A stretch of 64,000 bases of DNA. Source: Lytechinus pictus (taxonomy: Eukaryota). The position numbers and the translations under genes were made by a program. The DNA lies in the NCBI RefSeq assembly GCF_037042905.1, contig NC_087245.1, positions 6,450,001 to 6,514,000 of the forward strand. Direction: 5' to 3'. The notes beneath the pieces were generated by a model that was not told the DNA's origin, made no database searches, and was given only the letters and a program-made list of their open reading frames with translations. How positions within the stretch are numbered: position 1 is the stretch's first letter; each line of letters starts with the position of its first letter. Positions 27,601-40,500 of this stretch are shown here, piece by piece.

Positions 27601-28507
27601 TACAGTCCTGGGAGTGTCATTGTTAACTTTACCATCAACCTAATACAAGCACCGACAGCGCCGACACGGGACCCGTCATTGACCGGTTCGACAGCACAAC
27701 CACCAGGCGATGGGGGCATCGATGACCAGATCAGTGCAGTTAGAGGGCAAGTTGAAGTGTCCATCAAGGAAGTCATTCAGCTTGCCGAAAACAATGGAGA
27801 ACTCACAACTCTTGGTGTCGATTCGACCACGCTTGCCGTTACGGAAGGTAAGATGATCGGTTTACCATTGGGCTGAGTGTGTTGCAAGTTTGTGGAAAAA
27901 GAAAGAAAAAAAAAACACCACAAAGAAGAGGTAAAGGGGAAGAAGCTTGAAAGAAGAGTAAATAGATAAAGATAGTAAATAATAAAGAGTAATTAGTAAT
28001 AGTAAAGAGTAACTCTATAATGCCATATAGGCCTATTATTCACAATTGTGAACAAAAAATACGTATACCTTATTTCATCTTGCCTTCTTGGCGCCGCCCT
28101 CGTTTGTGCATAACACATGTACAGGCTCCATAATAATTTACGTCTTATTTCGTGTCACCTCGGTTGGCTGCGTGCTTGTACCTAATGTCCCACCCCAAAT
28201 AAAAATGAAGCGCATTTACAAATGTCATCTTTTTTACGGTTTTTTACATTTCTGGTGATAGACTAGATAAAAAAGTAAATTCTTGAATCAAGTCAAGGAA
28301 AGGAATATATAGATCAAAATTACTTTAACGGTACCTCCTATACTATATATTCGATCGATTACGTAATGTTGATCACCTGAAAAGAGAATAACAAGAAAGG
28401 CGAGAGGAGTGTGGAGAACTGCATGCATGGCAGGGAAGGGTGAGGAGAGGGATAATAATAATAATAATGATAATAATAGCCTAATAATAATAATGATAAT
28501 AATAATA

Positions 28508-28538
<31 letters not shown>

Positions 28539-31500
28539 TAATAATAATAGGCATTTATATAGCGCCATCTATCTAGAAGTATTCTATTCCGATCGAGGCA
28601 CGTTGCTTTTATTATTATTACCCCGGTTTTAGCTCGAGCTGCCTTTCAGCGCTCATGCATTCAAGGAATTAATCCTGCCGGGTACCCATCACCATTCACC
28701 TCACCTGGGTTGAGTGCCCGGGGGTCACTCTCGGCATGCATGGACTGCTACCCACCCGTGTCCGACAACCTCAGAAAACGGCATAACTACATAAACTAAA
28801 TTTGCAACCGGAAACGGCGTAACCCATGAGAAAAGCCACCCTATAAGTGGCGTGAACAGGGAAATTAAATCCCCTAATTTGATACCATAAGTGGCGTAAA
28901 CATAAACTCTATGGTGGAGAGTGACCCACCGGGGTTGAGTGCAGCACAATGTGGATAAATTTCTTGCTGAAGAAAATTACGGGATAATAATAATGACATT
29001 AATGATAATTGATAATAATGATAATGATGATGAGTAATAATGATAATAATAATGATAATAATAATAAGAAGAAGAAGATAAAGTAGGAGAAGGAGGAAGA
29101 GGATAGGAATATTAAAAGAAGTTAAATGATTACTTCCATATATTAAGTTGTAGTGAAAATCATTATTATTATTATTTCACAGTATCTGTAGATGTGGAAA
29201 CTCAAACTGTCTCCGAAGCTCCTACAACAACGGTTACTCCTTCTACCCCATCTCCAGGTTTGTATCTTATCATTAGTTCATTTTCCGTCGATCAGCAACT
29301 CTTTGTGCATTATAATAAAAAAATCATTATGCGTTTAGACTGAGCAGGAATAACCACAAGAGATATTTTCCCTCCCTCTCTCTACTCAATTCCCGGGACT
29401 CAATTACCTAAAAAAAATACTGTGCTTTTGAATGTCAACAATTACAAAAAACACCCCCAACATATGTCAAGCCAAGTAAAGCAGAAGAGAAGAAATTGAA
29501 CAATCATAATCTCTTCAACATCAACAAACAAAACACATTCATTGATTTTCTTAAGACACCAATCCTCCGCTCACACATTCCGTCGATCGGAATCGCGATA
29601 CCGGTGAAGCTGAAGCACCTACCTTGACCTACTTCACATTTTCATCAATGATCATTTTATAGTTTACGATTTTGCCGTCAATGCATGTGGTAACTATTTC
29701 TTGAATTGGTTTTGTATAAATTGTGAATATTTTGTGAACAAATTTAAGTCTGATATATATTTTTGAAAAGTCCGCGAAGTTTGGACACCCCATCATACAC
29801 CGGATCATACATTTCGGGGCACGCCGGCCAGGAATGGATTGTGCCTGGGATTGGTGGAGTGTAGCTCTCACTTAGTTTTATAGTGAATGATAAGGAGCCT
29901 GTGCCCGGCGGCCCGGGGCTAGTACAGTGCATAGTGCTCTGGAGACGTGGCTGGTGGTGAGAACGTTGCTGACGGTGATGCTGGTGGTGATGATGCTGGC
30001 CAATTTTAGACTTGGACTTGGTGATCTAGTTGAGTTGATGATATGATGATGATCGATGGCTAAATTGTAGATGATATTAACCATTTGTCTGTTGATTTGA
30101 GCGCGCACACTATACTTACAAGTTACAAATTGGAGCCTTTATAGTACTATTAATTACTAGCTTGTTCATGGCTTGTTGGAGCTAGGACTAAGTTAGGTGC
30201 CTGTGTACATTGTAACCTAGTCCATTGGAAAGGGCTGAAAAAACCATTTAAAATGGTATATTAACCATTACTCTAAGAGAGTTAAGAGAGTTATGATTTT
30301 TTAATATTAAAAATCTTGATTTAATTATTGCCATTGGCATTTATCTTACCATTGCGACCATTCAAAATGTGTGACCAACCGTGACCCAAAAATTTTTTTT
30401 TTACAAAATTATACAAATTATTCATTTAAATCTATAAAACTGAGTAATAATAGGTGATGAGAAAGGATATCAATATTTGTCTTAATTGATCAATGTATTA
30501 GATATTTAATTAGTAATTATCAATTAGTAAATTGATATGTTAATTGTTCATAAACTCAATACGGAACACATACAAACTTATCTTATTTCCTTATTGTTTG
30601 AAATTTTTTGACAAGAACTTCTGCAACAGCACATCTTCTAAATAAAACTTTCAGAATGATAAAACATTGAATACTTACAGAAAGATCTCAGTATTGCAGT
30701 ATTTGATAAATGTGTTGATTAATTATCAGTTAGCAATTTAATTAGTTATCTATTCAAATCTCACTGCTGCAAAAAAAAAAAATTCTTGATGTGGTATATT
30801 TTGATGGAAATTTCTGCTAAGGAAACATGGAATATAATGGATATGTGATCTATGAATATAAGGAATGGAAGTATTAAAGAAACATTCAACAATTTCATAT
30901 ACATCAATTACATACATGTATGACAACTATTATTGTTTGGCATCCATTGAATTTGTACCTAAATCTGTACCTCACTAGCTTACCTTGCTATGATTATGAT
31001 ATACTAGTAGTTAAATCCTCATTTATTGAACAAAATTTTGATGTCAGTTTCTACTATATCATATGAGCCAAATCAGACTTCCATGCGTCCCATCTTCAAA
31101 ATTTGACATCGAGGCGAAAGGGATTTTTTTCAGCTACGTCATCAGTGAAAATAAGCCAAATTGGTGAGAAACCGCCAAATCTACACCCATTTAAAGCGGG
31201 GACATCCCGATAGACCGCGGGTCCGATAGACCGCGGGTCCGTTAGACCGCGGGTCCGATAGACCGCGGGTCCGATAGACCGCGGGTCCGATAGTCCGCGG
31301 GTCCGATAGACCGCGGGTCCGATAGTCCGCAGTGTGTGTAAAATTATGATCAGATATATCAAATGTCATCGAGAGGTCCAAAGGTCAAATGATACGAGGC
31401 CATGGGGTTCTATCAGGTGCGGATCCATGGAGGGCCGAGGGGGAACTGCCTCATCCCCCCCCCCCACCCCCAGCTCAAAAAAAAGAGGGGGGAAGAGGGG

Positions 31501-34500
31501 AAAAGGGAGAGAATAAAAAAAGAAAGAGGAAGATGGGAAAAGAAGAGAATAGAAAAGAGAGTAAGAAGGAGAAAGGAAGAGAAGAAAAAGGGGAAAGGAA
31601 AGACAAAGAAAAAAGGGAGAAGAAAAGGGGAAAGAAGAGGAAAAAAAAGAGGAGGGAAAAGGAAGAGAAGAAAAGAGAGGAGAAAGGAAAAGGAGGAAAA
31701 AGAAGAAAAAAAAGAGGAACGAAGAGAAGAATATTTAAATAGAGAGGAAGATGGGAAGAAAGATAAGAAAAAAGAGAGAGAGGGGAAGAAGAGAAGAAAG
31801 AGAGAGAGGGAGGAAGGGGAGAGAGAGAAGAAAAAATATTAAAAGAGAAAAAAGGGAGAAGGAAAGAAAAAGAAAAAGGGAGAAGTAAAGGGGAAAAGAG
31901 AAAAAAAGTGGAAGAGGGAAAAGAAAAGAACGGAGTAAGGAAAAGGGGGAAAAGAAGAAGAAAAAGAGCGAGAGTAAGTGGGAAGAGAGGAAAAACGAGA
32001 AAAGATGGAAAGAAAAGACAGCAAAAAGAGAAGAAAAGGGGGAAAGAAAAGATGGGGGAAAGAGAAGAAAGGGGGAAAAGAAGAGGGGGAAAGAAAGAGA
32101 GAAAGAAAGAGAAAGGAAGGAAGGGGAATGAGGTTAAAAGAAAGAAAAAAGAAAGAAAAGGAGATGGGAAACGGAAGAGGGAGATGTTGACCTGGACGTC
32201 GATTTGATGGCGCCAAAATGACGTTCGAACTATGGGGCGCCGAATTGATGTTCGATCTAGCGGGGCACCAAATTGATGTTCGAACTAGGGGAGCGCTAAT
32301 TTGAATTTTGACCATAATGCGACAAATACATGTTTCAGAGAGGGGAGGGAGGGCAAAGTTATTTCACATGATGGGCGCGCCAAGTTTATGTTCAACCGAG
32401 GGCGCCAAATTGACCTTGAACTTAGAGGGCTTCATGCAAATTCATTTTCGACCGGGGACGCAACATTGCCTGTTTATAGTAAAATATATGTCCTGCCAAA
32501 AAACTTCAATTAATGCGGCTGAATTAAAATATCCCGTTTTTACGATAACAGAAAAAAAAATGTTTTCGAGTTTTAAGTCTGTTTAGCGAGATAGATACCC
32601 TGTTCAGGGTCACAAAAAAGGGTTATTGTCAAATTCAGCTCGCGCTACGCGCTCGCAATATTTGATTAATGACGTATGCATCCTCTGCTTCAATCCCACA
32701 TGTAAGTGTTAGTGTTTTTCAAGTCAACATACATAGGTCGATCCAGGGGGCAAAGATTTTGCCCCCCCCCCCATGGTGGCGCAAAAAAGGGGTAAGAAAC
32801 AGAAAAAAGGAAGAGAAAAGGACAAGCAATTAGAATAGGAATTATACCTTAGTCCTTCCTAAGTCAGTATATAAATACAGCTCAATAGGCTGATATGTAG
32901 TTTAAAATATCAAGTTTTGATATCAATATACAAAACATAATTCAGCTCGGACATCGATCTTTCATTATTTTGTTTTATTTACCAATTTATGTTTTAAGTG
33001 CTCTGGAAAATGTTTTATGGTTTGAATCAACATTTGCAACATTTTGTGCGCTCGCACTATATGCCAAGTAGGCCTATGTATTGTCTTTTTATATTTCATA
33101 TAAGATTCTCTAAATATACCTTTTCAGGTGTCTCGATTATAAAAAAAAATAATAAAGGCCTATGAGCTAGCGCTGTGCGCTCGCGTTTTGATTGGTGAGT
33201 TATGTATACCTATATATTAATTTTATAACAAACTACTTAAATCCCCCCATTAAAAGAAAAATCCGGATCGCGATTTGCGCTCGCATTATTTGCTAAAAAT
33301 ATATCAACCAATGAATCCTATTCATGATTACAAAAATACTTAAAATATCCAGTTTTCAGGCCTCATGCACTGTCAACAAATTTCACACACTCATTAGGCT
33401 TAACAGATTAATAAATATGAAATAAAATTTGTATAAATTCATTATAACTAAATTGTCCCTTTTTCAGAAATAAATTTTTAGGAAAACAAAGAGAAGATAG
33501 TCATCATTCTTATATGATGACAAAATGTCCTTAGGCCTAAAATGTCTCGATCCTAGGTCAAATAAATAATAAAATATCAGCTCGCGCTTCGCGCTCGCAT
33601 TATTTATATAGTGCTATCAAATTTCCCTATATACACAGTGCTGTAAACAGTGCTTAAATTGACCCTTTTCATATCGGAATTTCAAATATTATTTTCAGCT
33701 CGGGCTCTGCGCTCGCATTATTGATTTTTATGATGAAAAATGAAATGTATTCAGATTGCCAGGATTCTGTCTAACTCTAAAACACGCGCACGCATGTTTT
33801 TAGGATACAAAGCTTGATCTTATTCAAAACGTGCTAAAATTATCCAGTTTCGAATCAGAATATCAAAAAAATTTTGCTCGCGCTTTGCGCTCGCATTATT
33901 ATTGTAGGAAGATACCAAAAATTACCCATCCTTTTTCATGATTGACAAACATGAATCGAATGTCCCATTGGGGGATTTGAAATCTCATCTTTTTAGGTTG
34001 GAATATCAAAAATGTTCAGCTCGCGCTCGCATTATTTAATCGTTGAAATATGTATCGTCTTAATGGCTAACTGCAAAACATCCTTAACATGTCCCTTTTC
34101 GACCAGGCCAGAACGAATATTTAACATTTCTGCTCGGCTTCGCGCTCGTGGTAATTATCTAGTTATATACGCTGTTCAGGTTCACAAACATTGCCCAAAA
34201 TGTTCAATTTTCAGGACAAAATACATGAAATTTCATTTTTAGATTACATAGGGCTTAAGAGATTATTACACATTTATGTTGCTTATAAAGTAAAGCTAGG
34301 AAATGACTGTTAGGACATGGGTGTTTTGCCCCCCCCCCCAAAAAAAAAAAAAAAAAAGAAGAGAGAATCAAGACTAAGAAAAAATAGAGAGAAAAGGAAA
34401 GGGATAAGGATGAAATATAATATTATTTTCTAAATATTATGTCAAAATCTATCACAACATTGTATTTTTGTAATAAAAGTGTCAGCATATTGCTTGCTCG

Positions 34501-37500
34501 CTTCGCTCACTGGCAACTTCTTATTAATTTTATGCGATACACCATATCGAGCCCCCTCGAAATTGTTGGCTCATTACGGCACTGGGACAACCCCTTCAAA
34601 GAAACAAAAAAAAAATCAACTTTGAGCGGCCGATCGGGGAAAATATGGGTGAAAAAATGGCCCCTCCCCCTAATGGCGGAAGCTGGGTCCGCCCCTGACT
34701 TAGGCTTTCAGGATATAATACATGATAAATCTATATAAAAAAAATCAGATCGCGCTTCGCGTTCTCATTATTTATTTAGGCCTTGTGAGATACCTCAATT
34801 TGTTTTTAAGAATGAAATATCAGATTTTCTTTGACGTCTACCCCCCCCCATTTCATTTATTTTTTTTTAACTTGGTGCCCTCGCCACCCATCCCCCCCCC
34901 GTGCACCCATGCTGAATAAATACGCCACTGATGAGGAGAATTAGTCGATTGCTTCGAGATCGCATTATTCCCAAGAGGTTATTAATATTATTGAAGGGTA
35001 TTCTAACACAACAGTACAGGTCAAATTTGCCCCCCCCCCTCCCTCCCCACGAAATCCTGGATCCGCGCCTGGGTTCTATAACAATAACCCAATTAGGGCA
35101 ATCACCCCCTGACAACTACTTCAAGGAAAATATTATCCCCATATTTTTACCGGCGGGGACTGATACCCCCCCCCCCCACCCGGAAATTTACCCTCCAGAT
35201 AATTACCCCGGATAATTACCCCTAGTATGGAGCCTTGAAAATGCCATTAACGTGACGACATGGCGTGGTACTTTATCTTGCCATGTCTTAATTAATCATT
35301 GGCGGCGGAAGGCAAACAAATTTAGGGGGTCCACCTGAAATTTTGGGATGGACACAGGTAAAAAAATTGACAAGCAAATCAACCAAAATTTATAGGAAGA
35401 ACCACCAATTTTGAAAAAATTTTGACAAGAAAAAAGGTTATAAACCAAAATTAGGGGGACAAAAAGATTTTAGGGGGGTCCACCTCAATTTAGGGGGGAC
35501 GTAGAAAACAAATTGACAAGCAAAAAAAAGGTTCTCAACTAAAAATCTAGGGGGGACCGTCCCCCACCTCAAATTTAGGAGGAAAGGTCCCCCCCCCCCC
35601 GCTTCCGCCGCCTAAGTAATTAATACGCTTATTATTTTGACATAGCGATATATTCTATCTTGTCAAGTCGATATGTCCACATGGCGAGATATGAAGTGTA
35701 CAAGTCCCGGCGAGAATCCCGATATATCGCTATGTTGACATGTAACTTATTTAAGTCGACTTGGCAAGATAAAATATCTCGCCATGTTGACATATAACTT
35801 TTTATATAAAGTGGACTGACTTGGCAGGATAACGTATCGCGCCATTATTTAGTCGACATGGCAAGATAAAGTATCTCGCCATGTCGTCAAGTCGATGGCT
35901 CCGTATGGCGTCTAGAGGGTAAATTTCCGGGGGGGGGGGGTAACAGTCCCTGACGATAAAATATGGGGATAATATTTTCCTTGAAGTAGATGTCAGGGGG
36001 CGATTGTCCTTTGGGTCATCGTTATAGAACCCCAATGGACTCGTATCATTGGCCTTTTGACCTCTTGATGGCATTGGATCTCACTATATCCTGATCATAA
36101 TTTTACACACAACGCGGGCTATCGGACCCGCGGTCTATCGGACCCGCGGACTATCGGACCCGCGGTCTATCGGACCCGCGGACTATCGGACCCGCGGTCT
36201 ATCGGACCCGCGGACTATCGGACCCGCGGTCTATCGGACCCGCGGGCTATCGGACCCGCGGTCTATCGGACCCGCGGTCTATCGGGCTGTAACCTTTAAA
36301 GCCACCCCTTACAGAGCAACCCAAACTCGTTCGAAACCCGCTGCCGGTGCTGCGGTATGGAGATCACATTGCGCGATAGTCACATACCTACTGTGTGAAG
36401 TTAGCGTGATGTGCCAATCCTGATAATATTTGCTGACTCAATAATGCAGAATGCAGATCAGAAATAGGGAACCAGTGCATGTGACTGAATAGAGACTTCT
36501 GCTAGTACTGGTAGTATAGTAGTAGATCTTAGATCGGATCTAGATCTATACTGTACATGCTGTATTCATGAGATAGTAAATGGTGGTTCCTATGTATATA
36601 CCGTTAGAACATAACTATCTCCTTGACCATGTTATGATGAATTTGATGATGTGACGATGATGCTTATGATGACATGGATGATGATGATGATAGTGTTGCT
36701 GATGATGATGTTGATGATGATGATGGTGTTGATGATGATGTTTGATAATGAATTTAGAAGAAGCCCTCCCCGCAAAACATTACCAGAGCCACTCATTCAA
36801 TGAAAAAGGTTATGAGCCTGGTACTAGCATGCCAAAAAAAAGTTGTATTTTTTTAGGGCTATTTTTTCACAACTTATGCCTACCCTTTACCGCCTTAATC
36901 AGCAACATTGGATGAGCTTGAACATTGTAATGAATGGGGAATATTCAAGGCTCTTTTTTTTTTAGTTTTCAAGTTTTCAGGACTCTTTGAGCATTGCATG
37001 GGTGATATCGCCTTAACCCTAATTCTCCGGGGGGGGGGGGGGCCATTATGGCCCCCCCCTCGACAATTTTCGCGATATATCTGCTGCGCAAAATTTTTTG
37101 ACCTCGCCGCTCACTGACTTTTTACTTTCAAGTCTCGCGCAAATTTTGAGCCCAAATTTGTGACGCCCGGGTACACGGTTACGACATTACGCAACATTAT
37201 GTAAGTGCATGTCAGACCCAAAATTGCTCATAAACGTGATTTCATGTACAAATCCAATGCAAATTGTGTATTTAGCCAAAATTCATAAATGTATCATTAT
37301 TTCTACTTTTACTGATTAAACTTAATTAATTTTGCCTTGTTTATGATCAGAATTAAGTCTGGAACAATTTCCATTGAAAAAACAATAAAAAACAAAAAGT
37401 AAAAAAACAGAGAAATACATAAGAAATTCATAAAACAATAAAATACATAAGAAATTGATTTCCAAACTGAAGTTTTTTTTTAATGCGATTGTTAAGAATG

Positions 37501-40500
37501 CTACAAAGAATATTTTTACCAAAAATTAGCACTCTAGGAGCTTTATTTAGTGAATTAGAGCAAAAAGTATGATTTATGCATAAATTAGCATAATTAATTC
37601 ATATAAAATAAAATCTCAGTTTTTACCATACAGCCTTGTAGATTACATCGCACACTACCAGCGTGCAAATTTTTGCGTCGCTCGCGCGATCGGCGGCCGA
37701 GATCTTAAGGGGGGGCCATAATGGCCCCCCTCCGGGAAGGACAAGAATAAAAATACCCCGGGAGAGTTAGGGTTAAGCCACAGTGTAATTTTTCCCTAGT
37801 TCTTGGACAGTATTTTGAGAAAAAACTTTGCATAGATCTAGAGCAATGGCCATTGGTGCCAATAGTTTCTGTTTTGGGATTTGTTCCTTTTTCTTTTGCT
37901 ATGAATAAGCTAGATCAATTCGTTTTTGCATTCATTAATTTTTTTTCCTGTGAATAAGGCAATTGTTTTACAATTTTTTGGGGAATACCTGACAATGGAG
38001 AATGTGCCATTTGCATTTACCCATTCACCTCACGAGGTGAGGTGAATGGGTACCCGGCAGGATTAATTCCTTGAATGCACCAAGCACCTTTAGCAGCTGG
38101 AGCTACAGCCGGGGTAATATATTACGCCATTGAATAGGAAACTAGATAAATTGGTGCCTCATAAGTGCTATTATTATTATTATCTACTTTCCATTGACGA
38201 AGCTGCAATGTCTATGCTCGGTTCGGGCTTGTACATCCTTAAAAGTGACCAGGCATCGGGCTCTGTCTTTTTGATGTGTCATCTTTTGTCAAAAGATACA
38301 CTGTAATACCCTTTTTTGTTGAAGAAGGTTGGCATCTCTGCAAATACTTATTCATGGAAGATCTACTTACAGTTTGCTGTGCTACAATTTCTGCTCTACT
38401 GCATGAAAGTAGAACTGGAAGATTAGTTGCCAAAACTAAGTATTGTGGTTAATGCTGGGTAGTCTAGCCTGCTGATTGCTGTATATAGTAGGTAATGCAA
38501 ATTAAACCTAGTCTTAACTTTTCAAGCATATTACAGATATGTTGTCTAGATCCTATAAGTAAGTGTTACACAATCAATGGCAATGCTTTCATCATTGTTG
38601 GGCTAATTGTTCATATGACAATGCATCAAGCAGTTGAAAGCTATTTTATTTTTCAAACTGTACTTGACATAGATGTCTTTAGCATGCCGTATTCTTTATA
38701 ATTTTTGAAAAATAAATGTAGAGTCTCTGTTACTGAGGCATTATAGGATTTATAGAATCACTGATAAGATACATCATGAGAAAATTCAGTGAGTTACTGA
38801 TTGATTAAACCTTGTATCTCAGATCAAGAACCGCCTGTCATTGAGTGTCCTGATGATGTCACAGCAGAGACAGATCCTGGGGCTGCTTATGGATTTGTAT
38901 CATGGACCAATCCAACAGCAACAGACAATTCAGGAGATGTTACTGTGGAAGTGGACTTTGTCCCTGGTCAGTTACCCATTGGAAGCCGCAACATCACAGC
39001 CACTGCCATGGATTCCTCAGGAAATTCTGCACAGTGTGTATTTGTTGCAACAGTTGTCGGTAAGTAGAATGAGAATGGTTTTTCCTGATGCTGCAAGGAT
39101 GAATATGAAAAAATTACATAGTAAACTGATAGGCCTATATTGAGAGATGCATGGTCAAGAAAATGAGCCACAGAAATGATCAATATTGAAAGGTTCTCTT
39201 TCTGGCTCATGTTTTGGCACTGTCTTGTCTTTCAAAGGATCCATTCTCAACTATAGAAGCAAGTTGTGTATCATAATAGCTGTATAAGACCTAAATTAAA
39301 AGGATTGTGGTGGTGTAGCTGGGTTTTTTTACTCTCATGAAATCCAATCTTTTTAAGATTGGACCATGTTCTAATTGTTGGTGTCCCATACCTGTCCGAT
39401 GTAATTTTCTTTGCACAAGTATTTAAAGCTTCATGATTTGAAAGTATATTCCATATAAAACTGGATTGAAGTTGATATTGAATGCTCATTTTTGTTTTTA
39501 TCACTTTGAGAATCTTTGAATGGTTACATGTATGAATAATGGGTTTTACAAAGCAAATCATTCTGCTTTTATTAAAAAAATAGATGTTGAGGCACCTGTC
39601 GCCATCTGCCCTGATAACATCACGAGAAGCACAGATTTAGGTCAGGCATATGCCACTGTATCTTGGAGCAGTCCCCGTGGCACAGACAACTCGGGAACCA
39701 TATCTGGTATCACCACAGATCTGGATGAAGGGCAGTTTGAGATTGGCAGTCATGAAATCACTGTGACAGTAGTTGATCCTGCTGGTCTGGAAGGACAGTG
39801 CACCTTTGATATTGTTGTGCAAGGTAATAGTATGTGTGGAATCAATGATTACCTCATTAATGGAGATTGAATGTCTTAACTCCTATCACTGTGAAAACAA
39901 GTAAGAATGATGCAACTATGCCCCCATATGTATCCAGCAGGTGATTCTGGTTTTGATAGGTACTTATTAAATTTTACCATTATGAATTGAAAAAAATAAC
40001 TTTCTTCTAAATCTGATTGATTGGAGCATTTTTTTTTCTGCAGATAATGAGGCACCAGCAGTAGAATGTCCTGCCACAATTGAAATTGGCACAGATGCTG
40101 GCAGTCCGTCATCTATTGTCACATGGAAAGTCTCAGCTGAAGATAATTCTGGTTCAGTACCTAGTATTTCATCATCACCATCTTCTGGGGATGTCTTTAC
40201 AATTGGTACCCACACTGTCACTGTCACAGCTCTTGATGAAAGTGGTAACATGGGACAGTGTTCATTTAGTATTGTAGTATTAGGTGAGTCATGTGATACA
40301 ACGCCTTTGTTACTTGTTAATCCAGCCTATTTTAATGTAATAATAATATAATAATATAGGATTTGTATAGTGCGTGTATCCACCATGCTACATGAAGGTG
40401 CTCAAGGCACTCCTACATGTATATTACCATGGCTAAGCTTGTCTACCTATTCTGGTGCACACAGCTTTTTGAGCAATTACTTCCTGCCAGTACCCATTCA

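Larger units (their letters stand above)
31198..36294. mobile_element. Foldback-type element with 16-bp subterminal tandem repeats, ~400-bp TIRs and nested insertions
   Basis: 8-bp TSD TTTAAAGC (31190-97 / 36295-302); GG termini; (CCGATAGACCGCGGGT)n at left and its reverse complement at right. Confidence 0.88.

Noticed and set aside
28288..28568. Poly-Ile / poly-Leu ORFs resembling signal peptides
   Set aside because: Translation of a (TAA)n microsatellite forming a SINE tail.
29540..30120. Possible antisense exons (minus-strand ORFs 29629-30108, GT-donor-like sites)
   Set aside because: No recognisable protein motif or consistent exon chain; cannot be supported without transcript data.
31334..32315. 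Lys/Arg/Glu-rich and Phe/Ser/Pro-rich ORFs
   Set aside because: Artefacts of a purine tract that contains few stop codons.
31096..36290. 16-bp repeat arrays as CRISPR or as coding repeats
   Set aside because: Contiguous tandem units with no spacers; they are subterminal repeats of a TSD-flanked element.
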